A stretch of DNA of 64,000 bases, taken from Nitrosopumilus sp. Its GTDB lineage: Archaea; Thermoproteota; Nitrososphaeria; Nitrososphaerales; Nitrosopumilaceae. The stretch is taken from assembly GCA_965214775.1 (NCBI GenBank), contig OZ243974.1:800001-864000 (forward strand), read 5' to 3'. The notes under the pieces are model-generated. The model was not told the origin of the DNA. It saw nothing but the letters and a program-made list of their open reading frames with translations, and searched no databases. This document shows positions 1 to 9,080 of the stretch, in pieces (the first letter of the stretch is position 1; each line of letters opens with the position of its first letter). The position numbers were made by a program, and so were the translations under genes.

Positions 1-354
1 GGTGCAGTTCATAGAATGTCTGGAGGCGTTGCGCGCCAAGTTTGGCAAGGTTGCCGTCTTTTGCGACAGGTGGAGTGTGCACAGATCTACTGATGTCGCA
101 GAATATCTGGCCGACCATCCCGACGTCAGGCTGATAATGCTCCCGAAAGGATCGCCGTACCTCAATATCGTGGAAGAATGCTGGAACCTGGGCAAGCATT
201 TTGTTTTCAGGGGGATAGTGTACAGAAGGATCAGCGAGCTACGACATGCCATATCCGAGTACTACAGGACGGTGTCGTTTGCCCACCTTAGCATGTACAA
301 GTACATTTACAGATCGCCGGTCAAAGCCCTCAATTACTTGTGACCGTTGCTATA
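1..354 (+). mobile_element. IS630-family element (type A), 3' part: transposase C-terminus (2..343) and right end CGTTGCTATA
   Basis: D..H..LPxxSPxLNIVEECW DDE motif; end sequence shared with the MITE at 11818-11900. Confidence 0.85.
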
Positions 355-392
355 ATGAATGCAGATCAAATAGAATTTGTGCCTAAAGTCGG

Positions 393-518
393 GGTTGTCG
401 CCTAATTCCATTTACTTGACTCAATCTGCACATTTTTTCTGAATTTCCGCCCTTTTGCACGCCTGATCCACTGGTATCTCAACGGTTTTTAGGAATTCTG
501 GCAAATTAGGAAACAACC
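393..518. mobile_element. MITE family D, copy 1 (about 126 bp; TIR GGTTGTCGCCTAATT...AATTAGGAAACAACC)
   Basis: Imperfect 15-bp terminal inverted repeats; homologous over its length to 7476-7603. Confidence 0.8.
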
Positions 519-548
519 ACGGCACCAATACCATTTGCCGCCCTATTC

Positions 549-1949
549 TCATTTTAGGATTACATCCAATGCGCGAACCACCGGATCGCCTGATGATGTA
601 TCTGACGTGACCACGCCGTAGACGCCAACCTTGTCCTGTTTTGACATGGCGATGCTTCCATAGTGGTTGAGGAACTTGACTGCGTCAAATTCATGCGGCA
701 GTTGGTTGACATCCAGCCTGAATTCTTGCAGGTTGTCGTCAGAATCCTTTTTGATGGAGGATACCAAACCCTCATAGTATACGACGGAGCCTTCCAGGCT
801 CTTTGAGTTTTCCTTGAGCAGATCATAAGGTATTTCCAGAGCTGCGTCCTTCAACATGACGGAATCCATTTGGGCAGGATTCCTTAGGACCTGCATGGAT
901 GATGTACTTATGACAGGTATTTGCAACTGTGTTCCTTCACCTGCCAGTGATCCTTCCTGTTTAACACTAACTGTTTTATTCCCTGACTCGATTCGTGTTT
1001 TGCTGGACAAGTAATCCTTGTCTCTAATTTCCAGGCCCGTAATGGTGCCCACAGCCCGTACATAGTCACCTGCCAGCATCCTAGGACCGGCATAATTGAT
1101 TATGACAAAGGCATCACCGTCTTGTGGCATTAAATTGATTTTGTCTGCGCTTACAAGCAAGTCATACAGATTCGCATCACCGGACCTGTCTACGGCATCA
1201 AGCACGATGCCATCAATAAAGAGGTCGTCTCCAACGTGATCAAGGTTGCGTCTGACAAGCTGATCGTAGGATGTATCATACATGGGATTCACTCTTGCGT
1301 TGTCTAGCATCTTGGTAACTGCCACATTCAAGGAAACCGTCCCTTCTAGCACTGCTTTTTCCATGGCTCTTGCGTCGTTTAGCATCTTGGTAACTTCTGC
1401 CTTCTCCGAGCCCGATAACCGGCCCACCGTCATTGCGTGCAGTATCTTTTCTTCCATTCCCAGTAGCGTTTTGTCCTCTTTGGATTCCGACAGCCAGTCC
1501 GTCATTGTTACATAATCAATCAGTCCTTTGGCAGGTAATTTGTCTGAATCTGCTAGAAATATTCTAACAAAGTCAACGGGCGAGTCTTTTGCGACGACTT
1601 CTATCTTGGTACTCGTAGTAGAGTCCGCTCGTGTGGCATCCACGGCGGGGTTATCAATGTCATCCTCGATGTCGTTGATTGCCTCTATTCTTTGCCTCAA
1701 ATCGGCATTTTCCTTTTCCAGTTCTTGAATTTTTTGTGAATCATCAATGTGAATAATGCCTTGCTCAATCAGCAACTCCAATGCGTCAATAAATTCCGAG
1801 TCTGTAATTCTATCCTCTGCCCAAAATCCAGCTATGCTCTTGATCCATTCTGGGATTTCGTTGCCTTGAGAGTATGCAGTATCAAAACTGACACTGCCTA
1901 CAATAATAATTGCCACGATCAGCAGGACGGTTGCAAACACTCTCTTCAT
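549..1949 (-). CDS. Secreted/surface protein: signal peptide, thaumarchaeal IPEWIK..FW domain, coiled coil, two OB-fold-like C-terminal repeats
   Basis: 466-aa ORF; IPEWIKSIAGFWAEDRITDSEF motif; repeated YxxL.R/K...G..v...G units. Confidence 0.7.
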   Translation of the reverse strand: MKRVFATVLLIVAIIIVGSVSFDTAYSQGNEIPEWIKSIAGFWAEDRITDSEFIDALELLIEQGIIHIDDSQKIQELEKENADLRQRIEAINDIEDDIDNPAVDATRADSTTSTKIEVVAKDSPVDFVRIFLADSDKLPAKGLIDYVTMTDWLSESKEDKTLLGMEEKILHAMTVGRLSGSEKAEVTKMLNDARAMEKAVLEGTVSLNVAVTKMLDNARVNPMYDTSYDQLVRRNLDHVGDDLFIDGIVLDAVDRSGDANLYDLLVSADKINLMPQDGDAFVIINYAGPRMLAGDYVRAVGTITGLEIRDKDYLSSKTRIESGNKTVSVKQEGSLAGEGTQLQIPVISTSSMQVLRNPAQMDSVMLKDAALEIPYDLLKENSKSLEGSVVYYEGLVSSIKKDSDDNLQEFRLDVNQLPHEFDAVKFLNHYGSIAMSKQDKVGVYGVVTSDTSSGDPVVRALDVILK

Positions 1950-2080
1950 GGTCTAGTATATGAAAATCATTTTGTCATATAAACCACGAGTTGGCCAGAA
2001 GAGACATGGTCCAAAGCCAAGCTCAATGCCCGTACGCTGCTTCTGGAGAAATGATCTATAACATCAGTTGAGTATGATTC

Positions 2081-2096
2081 AAAAAAAAAGAAAAAA
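2081..2096 (-). terminator. Oligo-T archaeal terminator downstream of the S-layer gene
   Basis: T-tract on the minus strand about 30 nt after the stop codon. Confidence 0.5.
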
Positions 2097-2123
2097 GGGG
2101 TAGTTTGAACTAGTTTGTTTGTT

Positions 2124-5100
2124 TTAGCTTACGTTGATGGTCGTACTTAGCGGTGGTGATAGTGCCGTAGGATTGGTAACGGACTCCCAGACAAATGCAG
2201 TAGCAGTGTATGCTCCTGAATCGGCTGGAATCCATGACACGGCCGGGCTGAATGACTGACCTGGAGTCAGTTCACCATCAATCCATGACAGTGAGACTGT
2301 GACGCCGTTTGCATCCTGAATCTGTACCAGGTATGCAAATAGCTGCTCCTTGTCCTGGCCATTTGCCAAGTCGGCGCTGACCTGTACCTGTTGATCAACG
2401 GAAACAGAGTCTAACGTGTTTCCAAATGAGTCAACTGTCTTCAAGTTAGCAACTGGTGCTCTCTCGAGGGGCGGTACGACAGTGCCGATTAGCGAAGTGG
2501 CCTTGACATCAATACTGTCTCCAGTGTCGTATGGTTCAGGTAGCGTATAATCATCGTAACTTGCGGTGACTGTGTCACCTTCTGCGACTCTGAGTCTGTG
2601 GCCGGTTGATACGTCGGTAACCGTAAAGAATACGGTGCCTTCGAAGATTCCGGTTGCCTCGTTTGTCTCAGTTACGGTAAGACCAATACCTCCTGAATCG
2701 GAGTCAGACCATACATCTACCTCAAAGTTGTCGACTGCTTCTGGATCTAGGTTCATGTCTGGATCAATTATTCTTACAACACCTGTTCCGCTAGCTGGAT
2801 AGCTTGCCTCTAACCACTGGACTTCACCGATGTTCCATCTGACGAGTGCTGACGCAACTACAGTCTCCTTCTCTGAGAATTCAAAGGAGATGGAAAGTCC
2901 GTCATCGTCCCTGGCTGGCAACAGTCCATCAGTTGGACCGTTGCCCTCGGCGTCACGTGGATTTACATCATAGCCGGCATCATCGCCAGTCTCGGAATCG
3001 CCATCAGCATCATATCTGAAACCAGTAAGGATAACCTCACCGGTAAAGATACCTGTGTCGGTTCCGGTCTCGACTAGCTTGTACTGGTCAAGATCGGCGT
3101 CTCTGGTTGAGACCTTTATCGGGTCCAAGTCAGTGTCACCGATTTCGTCAACCAGGTCGCCGTCGAAGTTGTGGTCTGGGGCTACGATTGTGATGTATAC
3201 CTTGTCAGTCCATGTGTAGACTTTTTGATCAAGCTCTATGGTTGCACCGAAGTTCGAAGTGTAGACAGTCAGGTTGACGTCTTCGTCTTCGTCACCTACA
3301 TAGTCAGATCCGGATGGGCCCCAGTCAGTATACTCGAGGGCAATCTCTTCGCCCCTTTCTAACCTGTCACCAGCAAGTTCATCAGGAACCTCGATGACAA
3401 CCTGGAAGATACCAGTGCTGTCACCTGTTTCTCTAAAGTCTGTTGGTTCTGGGTCGAATTTGTCTGGCTCAACGCCACGGTCGCCCATGGAAGTTGTTGC
3501 CGCATCAGAGTCCCATTCGATCAGGTCCAGGTCATAGGTCTCGGCACCGTCATTGTCCAGATCCAAGTCTGGCTCAATGAGTGTCAGGATCATGTCTGAA
3601 CCGATGATGTAGACGGATTTGTCGGATTGCAATACGCCGTTTCTCAGGTCAAAGGTTGCAGAGTCAGTTACAGAGTTCTCATCGCCTGATGCATCAGTCG
3701 GGTCTGTGTATTCTACCTGGAGAATGTCTCCCTGCAGGATACAGAAGTCCTCACCCTGTGAGTAGGTATCATCGACATCAAACCTGTCTTCTGTGTTACC
3801 AAGGGCGTTATTCTCGCTGTCGACAAGGATTTCGTAAACAGAGTCGTTTGGACATTGGTTATCTGCAGGACCATCAGTGTATCTAAGAGTCAAGTCTAAC
3901 TCGTAAATGCCTGCGTCTGGTGCAATTTCGGAAATCGGACCAAATTCCCTGATGTTGTCTGCCGGATTAGGGTTATCATCACCGACATCAATCAGGCCAT
4001 CTTTTGGATCCGGACCGCCTGCATAACCGAGTACTACTGTTGAAGAACCTCTGGTAACAGAGACTTTAACAGGTCCTACTCCCTCGTCTGTAGTGGTAGC
4101 GATTGAATCTTCACCGGATGCGTTTACGTCAAAGTCTGGATCGTTGACTCGGATGTGTATTGTGAGATCACCGTTAGCAAGGTATTCGCCAGTGTCTAGA
4201 CCACGTGTACCTCCCATACCAGTTTGATGGATTGGGAATACTGATCTGCCATCTGGGTTTTGTGAATTGCTGTCAGCAAAGTCATCTGCGGTACCAAATG
4301 GTACTGGATAGACGGTTCTGTCCAGGCTGACAGAGCCGGTGTTGGCCCTAACGCCTGCCGAATCGCCTACCTCGATGATTTCGCCGGATGCGTCACGGAA
4401 GTCAACATAGTTGACCTCAATGTCAAGTCCTGTCGTAGTCTCTGGCTGTGTTGCATCTGGCCTACACCATTGGGATGGAATCTGGAAGTCACCAGTGAAA
4501 ATGCCTGTATCTGAACCAGTTTCCGCTAATGTGAATCCGGTAGCGCCAAGACCGTCAAAGTCTGCGCCTGTAGAACAGTCATTTCCATCAGTCCACTTGG
4601 CATCATCAAATGTGACATCAAGCAGTCTTCCCAGAGAACCAAATGCAAGGCCGTCTGGATTATCGTTTGATCTCTTCTCCAAATTACTGTGTACATCGTT
4701 ACCGACTTGGTCATTGTCTGCATCAAGTGATGCGTCAATGTCAACGACGGTATAGATTTCGAGCAGGTCAGAGTCCACGTTGAGATCCGCGTCCTCAAGC
4801 GTAATCACCACGGTATCAGCAACCTTGTAGGAATCCTGATTCAGTGACACGACGCCAGAGTGGCTCGGAGCTGGTTCCTGGTCAGATCGTACAGTAATAA
4901 CGCCATCTTCACCCAAGTCATTGTATGAGACTCTAGGTGAATCCTCGTCAGTAAGATCCTCAATTACGATGAAGGAGGGATCACTGGCGATGGTTGCAAG
5001 ACCAGAGTAAGTACCCTCGTCTAAGATGTTAAGCTGGTTGACCATGGCGTATTCAAGTTCGCCCTCAAAGGTGCTGGTATTGTCACCTGACTCTTCGGCC

Positions 5101-7061
5101 TCGATTCTGATTATTTGGTTTGCAACCCTTTCTCCGGCTTGCTCACCGTCATCAGTAAAACCAAATGAGAAGAAGTCGGTGACTATCGGATATTTACCGT
5201 CGATTTCAAACGTAGTACCTTCGCTCCAGGAATACTGTATGCCTACTGTACCACTTCCTACATCATTGGCCACAGCGCTAGACTGGGCGTCTGTTAGGAC
5301 TACCAGACCCTGTGGATCAGATACTTGGAAGCTGGCTATTGGACGATTGGTATCCGCAACACCCAGCAGACTGATCGTAATGTCGCCTGTAGTGTTAAGC
5401 GATCTGATGTCGTAGTTGAGTAGGTTGTATCCTTTGAAGTCAGTGCTCCAGTCCACGGTGTTTGATTCCATGACTGTGCCTTGCAGATCGCCTATTGTGG
5501 CTTTTGTATCAACGAGTATCGTTGTAATATCGGTAGAATCGATTAAAGTACTACCAGAATACGTGATGACTGCTCTGTCACTGAATGTTTCAATGTTGAC
5601 GTCTGGAGTGGCTAAGTTATTCGCACTATCACGTACCTCTACAGTAGCATTAGTATCGCCCTCGACTCCACCTTCACCTAACGTAAACGGATCACCAGTA
5701 CTAAGTGCTGGAATCAGTGATACGTTTGGATCAGATAGAATAAGATCCTCGTCTGCCCTGCTGTTCTTGTTTTGATCACCATCGACAATGACTACTGGAA
5801 TGGTCTCACCAGAGTTCCATGTATCGTCGACTGGTTGGATGACAACATCAGCAGTGTAAAATCCTGCCAGAACGGTTACTGGTGAATCGTTATAGCCTAC
5901 TGTCGCCGATGTTTGTCTTTTGGCATCATTGCTTATTGTGAGAATCGATGTGTCGGATTCGTCATACGTACCAAATACACCGCTGTTTGGTCCCTGTTCT
6001 GTGAGCGTTACAAGGTGTGTGATATCACCAATGGATATGTGAGCAGCATCACTGTTAGATTGAAGCTCCACAACATCAACATCAGTGCCCTGTGCATCAG
6101 GATCCAGCGTAAAGACCGCATCTTCCTGCATCAGGGATGCACCGGAAACGTCGGTAGTGACAAGAGCGCCACCATCGATGCCCGGCGAGTTGCCGCTTTG
6201 GTCAAAGACCTGGTAGTATGTTCCACCGTTTATGGCGTCCCAACTCCAAGAGTCCTCGTCTGTAGGATCGATGTTCAGCCAGGTGTCGGTAACGGTTGCG
6301 TGGACTTGTGAGCCCGGTGTGTATTTGCTACCGTCCATCATGATACCGGCAAAGCCGTCGACTGTGTCAAAGGTGAGCGAAGTCGACTGGACTCCGCCAC
6401 CGGCGTTGTACTGTACGACAACACTGCCTGTTGGGTTGAGATCATAAAGTTGGATTATGGGCCAAAATTTGTTTTTAAGGCCAATTTGACCCCGCTCAAC
6501 AGTAATGTTGTTATTATTGTCCATTCTTTCTGGATTGATTTCTTTTTCTCCTCTTAGTACGTTCATGATGTCACTACCAGCGAGTGCGCCTGTAGTCGTA
6601 CAGTCTGCAGTAGCATTACTGGGAATTGCAACACCATCAGCATCGGAAAATGAGACGCCACCAATTGTATCCTCATAACAGATTGTACCAAAGTCAAGTC
6701 CTTTACCAGGATATTCTACGGTATCATCTGCGTTTTCTGCCATTGTTTTTTCGGCAAAGTAGCCGTACCATTGGCCGTCAGTGGCCTGAACCATTCTCAA
6801 GTCCTGGCCGTTAACGGTAACGTCGGGCTCACCTTCGCTTTCATCGGTATCACGTAGGTCAGAATCACTAATGACTACCTCGATTACCTGAGGACCTGCC
6901 ATATAGTTCTCAAACTGTGAGTTTTCTGCGGAGACAACCAGGTTCTCGTTGGCAGCATATGCAGCCGGCATCATGCCAGGGACTGCAAATGTCATACCGC
7001 CGGCAACCATGATTGCCATCAATATTAAACTAGTTGTTTTTCTTTGTATTTCTTCATGCAT
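2124..7061 (-). CDS. slaA: Major S-layer protein, Nitrosopumilus SlaA-like
   Basis: 1645 aa, very acidic, signal peptide, repeated ETGxxTGIFxG Ig-like modules, typical C-terminus AFVWESVTNPTALSPP. Confidence 0.9.
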   Translation of the reverse strand: MHEEIQRKTTSLILMAIMVAGGMTFAVPGMMPAAYAANENLVVSAENSQFENYMAGPQVIEVVISDSDLRDTDESEGEPDVTVNGQDLRMVQATDGQWYGYFAEKTMAENADDTVEYPGKGLDFGTICYEDTIGGVSFSDADGVAIPSNATADCTTTGALAGSDIMNVLRGEKEINPERMDNNNNITVERGQIGLKNKFWPIIQLYDLNPTGSVVVQYNAGGGVQSTSLTFDTVDGFAGIMMDGSKYTPGSQVHATVTDTWLNIDPTDEDSWSWDAINGGTYYQVFDQSGNSPGIDGGALVTTDVSGASLMQEDAVFTLDPDAQGTDVDVVELQSNSDAAHISIGDITHLVTLTEQGPNSGVFGTYDESDTSILTISNDAKRQTSATVGYNDSPVTVLAGFYTADVVIQPVDDTWNSGETIPVVIVDGDQNKNSRADEDLILSDPNVSLIPALSTGDPFTLGEGGVEGDTNATVEVRDSANNLATPDVNIETFSDRAVITYSGSTLIDSTDITTILVDTKATIGDLQGTVMESNTVDWSTDFKGYNLLNYDIRSLNTTGDITISLLGVADTNRPIASFQVSDPQGLVVLTDAQSSAVANDVGSGTVGIQYSWSEGTTFEIDGKYPIVTDFFSFGFTDDGEQAGERVANQIIRIEAEESGDNTSTFEGELEYAMVNQLNILDEGTYSGLATIASDPSFIVIEDLTDEDSPRVSYNDLGEDGVITVRSDQEPAPSHSGVVSLNQDSYKVADTVVITLEDADLNVDSDLLEIYTVVDIDASLDADNDQVGNDVHSNLEKRSNDNPDGLAFGSLGRLLDVTFDDAKWTDGNDCSTGADFDGLGATGFTLAETGSDTGIFTGDFQIPSQWCRPDATQPETTTGLDIEVNYVDFRDASGEIIEVGDSAGVRANTGSVSLDRTVYPVPFGTADDFADSNSQNPDGRSVFPIHQTGMGGTRGLDTGEYLANGDLTIHIRVNDPDFDVNASGEDSIATTTDEGVGPVKVSVTRGSSTVVLGYAGGPDPKDGLIDVGDDNPNPADNIREFGPISEIAPDAGIYELDLTLRYTDGPADNQCPNDSVYEILVDSENNALGNTEDRFDVDDTYSQGEDFCILQGDILQVEYTDPTDASGDENSVTDSATFDLRNGVLQSDKSVYIIGSDMILTLIEPDLDLDNDGAETYDLDLIEWDSDAATTSMGDRGVEPDKFDPEPTDFRETGDSTGIFQVVIEVPDELAGDRLERGEEIALEYTDWGPSGSDYVGDEDEDVNLTVYTSNFGATIELDQKVYTWTDKVYITIVAPDHNFDGDLVDEIGDTDLDPIKVSTRDADLDQYKLVETGTDTGIFTGEVILTGFRYDADGDSETGDDAGYDVNPRDAEGNGPTDGLLPARDDDGLSISFEFSEKETVVASALVRWNIGEVQWLEASYPASGTGVVRIIDPDMNLDPEAVDNFEVDVWSDSDSGGIGLTVTETNEATGIFEGTVFFTVTDVSTGHRLRVAEGDTVTASYDDYTLPEPYDTGDSIDVKATSLIGTVVPPLERAPVANLKTVDSFGNTLDSVSVDQQVQVSADLANGQDKEQLFAYLVQIQDANGVTVSLSWIDGELTPGQSFSPAVSWIPADSGAYTATAFVWESVTNPTALSPPLSTTINVS

Positions 7062-7475
7062 AGTTATTAATTATTAGTCAAAATCTTGGTTTATAAGCTA
7101 AATGGATCATTTGTCCATTTTCTTATTATGCCATATCTGCCTGCTTATAGCATCGACATTCTGGCCCCCGTCAAGTAGGAATGCCGATGCGTGAACTTTG
7201 TTCATGTTGTTCTTGGCGGGGGCATCAGATTACATTCCCATTGGTATTTGCAGGATATGAGGATGCCAAATGCTGCCCATAGATATGATCCGAAATTAGA
7301 AGCTATGCGAGTTTTTCAAGCGATTTCACGGACAATTTTTACGTATTTTGTCGATATTTTGAGATATTTTACGCAGATTCGTTCACAGATGGTTCAGAAT
7401 TCGCTAATTTTGGGTCAACTGACAAGTATTTTTGCAATGAAATCCACGGCTGCGTTGCCCGTCTTGTCACCAAGC

Positions 7476-7603
7476 AGTTGTCGCCTAATTCCATTTAATT
7501 GACTCAATCTGCCATGTTTCTTTTTTGAATTTCCTCCCTTTTGCACGCATTCCATGTGGCATCTCAACGGTTTTCAGGAATTCTGGTAAATTAGGAGACA
7601 ACC
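7476..7603. mobile_element. MITE family D, copy 2
   Basis: GTTGTCGCCTAATT...AATTAGGAGACAACC; colinear with 393-518. Confidence 0.8.
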
Positions 7604-7898
7604 CACACAGGCACACGAAACGCGCCATACGCCCCCCACCATAAAATTCCAAGCACAAATTAAACTTCAAGCAAAAATTAAAACATTATTCCACCAACAA
7701 ATTCAATTTCATCGCTACATTCACACAAATTCAAATTCCAACAAAAATAAAAAAGCGTGCCCCGCCGTCATACAAATTACATTTTAAAATAAATTCAAAC
7801 GTCAAACTAAAAAATTATAATTTTTTCCTGGCATCTACTGCAAAAGATCAAACAGACATGAATTCAAGCTAGACAGACAACTGGTATGATGGTATGGG

Positions 7899-7933
7899 GG
7901 TTGTTTCCTAATTCCACTTGTTTGACTCAATCT
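7899..7933. mobile_element. Left end of a family D element, interrupted by the IS110-type insertion
   Basis: GGTTGTTTCCTAATTCCACTTGTTTGACTCAATCT matches the first 35 bp of copies 1 and 2. Confidence 0.7.
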
Positions 7934-7990
7934 CCCATATGAAATCGTACCTAATCCTACCGTGGACTCTTGCCAGCTTGATGTTCCAAA

Positions 7991-8218
7991 TCAGGACAAT
8001 GTTACTATGCGATGCATCCCCATATACTTTCTCTGCGTGAGAGTCTTGTTCTGAATGCGGTACTCTTCTCCGGTGGTCAGCATGTGCCAGATTATCTCCA
8101 GCATATGCCTTGCAACTGCAATCTTTGCCTTCTGCCATCCTCGTCTCTTTCTTATCCTTTCATATATAGAACCAAGTCTTGAGTCGTTTCGTACTGCTAC
8201 TGTGGCCGAGTTGATCAT
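7991..8218 (-). pseudogene. IS110 recombinase remnant: start MIN fused to the C-terminal region
   Basis: YERIRKRRGWQKAKIAVARHMLEIIWHMLTTGEEY is a typical IS110 C-terminus; SD GGAGGTGA precedes the ATG. Confidence 0.85.
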
Positions 8219-8239
8219 GTTATCACCTCCTTTTTGATC

Positions 8240-8400
8240 AAAATGCCTGATCCGGGCGGAATCTCCCATTCACCGTCTGCGCGGTATATTGCTTTCCGCC
8301 TGCTGTTGTTGCAAGTCAGTCTGTTTGACACCCTTGTACATGGTAAGATTAAATCGACTCTCAGGCCCAGCAGTAATTGTATATCACAGGATACAGATAA
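8240..8400 (-). ncRNA. Putative IS110 bridge RNA, copy 1 (target-binding hairpin 8314-8359; donor-binding hairpin 8256-8299)
   Basis: Covarying stems versus 34810-34960; loops match the element's own junctions; boundaries approximate. Confidence 0.75.
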
Positions 8401-8541
8401 GATTTCATATAGCGTCTGTTTGTTTGCATCGCAATTTATTTTGGCACCATCTGAATTTTGTTTTTGAGACACATATGGTTACACGTATACGATGATAATA
8501 ACGGACAGGAAAAAGTCCGGGGACGACAACAAGACGGTGGA

Positions 8542-8632
8542 GTACGAGTTTGCCCCTCACCTGAGATACGGCGTGGCAGGCGTGAACATGAGGACTCTGG
8601 ACAGCAGTGACGCCCAAGGGGTAAACTCGTAC
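8542..8632. mobile_element. MITE family A (91 bp; TIR GTACGAGTTT(G/A)CCCCT)
   Basis: 16-bp TIR; reverse-orientation homolog of 35033-35123; no TSD visible. Confidence 0.85.
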
Positions 8633-9080
8633 CGTCCAAATTTCCTGTTCACACCTGATTTTATGGAGGATCTGATGTTGTACTTTCGGATAGTCTCTCA
8701 GGATGCCTGTACCCCTAGCCTTCGGGCCGCACCAGATCCAGGGAGGCCCGTGGCATGTCATACTCGAAGCGAAAACGGCTGAGGAGATCGGTGCCAAACA
8801 GTGCAAAGGAGAATGGGTCTTTGATCTCCGGATCCGGTCTCAAGACTTGCATGTCGGCGTGTAGCACGATGGGTTCTGAAGCCTGATCGTCTTCGAATAT
8901 GAATTTCGTGTCATCCATCACGTATGTGTCCTGCCTGCCGCCTATCCCCGTGGTACCGGTGGGGTGTTTTTCCAGCAACGCAAAGTCAATTTTGTGGTCT
9001 TTGGCTGCACCCTGCAGCATGGTTGTACTATTTGCCCCCGTATCTACCAAGAATCTGGTCTTGATAAAATTACCGTCACG

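Larger units (their letters stand above)
7934..8417 (-). mobile_element. Internally deleted IS110/IS1111-type element (484 bp) with both ends, CT core and 10-bp subterminal inverted repeats
   Basis: CT at 7932-33 and 8416-17; ATATGAAATC (7937-46) and GATTTCATAT (8401-10); residual recombinase C-terminus. Confidence 0.85.

Noticed and set aside
2566-6814. Plus-strand ORFs within slaA, and similar antisense ORFs in transposases and nrdJ
   Set aside because: Shadow ORFs of well-supported genes.
7640-7870. AT-rich tract with AAATTC words as a replication origin
   Set aside because: No ORB-like boxes or cdc6 nearby; low complexity only.
8283-8295. Left donor guide as a full match to the element end
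   Set aside because: Only about 3 nt agree in each copy; not counted as evidence.
8215-8472. ORFs over the IS110 leaders (also 34783..34998) as conserved proteins
   Set aside because: Similarity is explained by the conserved RNA scaffold; the changes are base-pair compensatory and the starts lie outside the element.
8492-8782. 96-aa ORF as a gene
   Set aside because: Chimera running through the family A MITE; at most a short truncated remnant.
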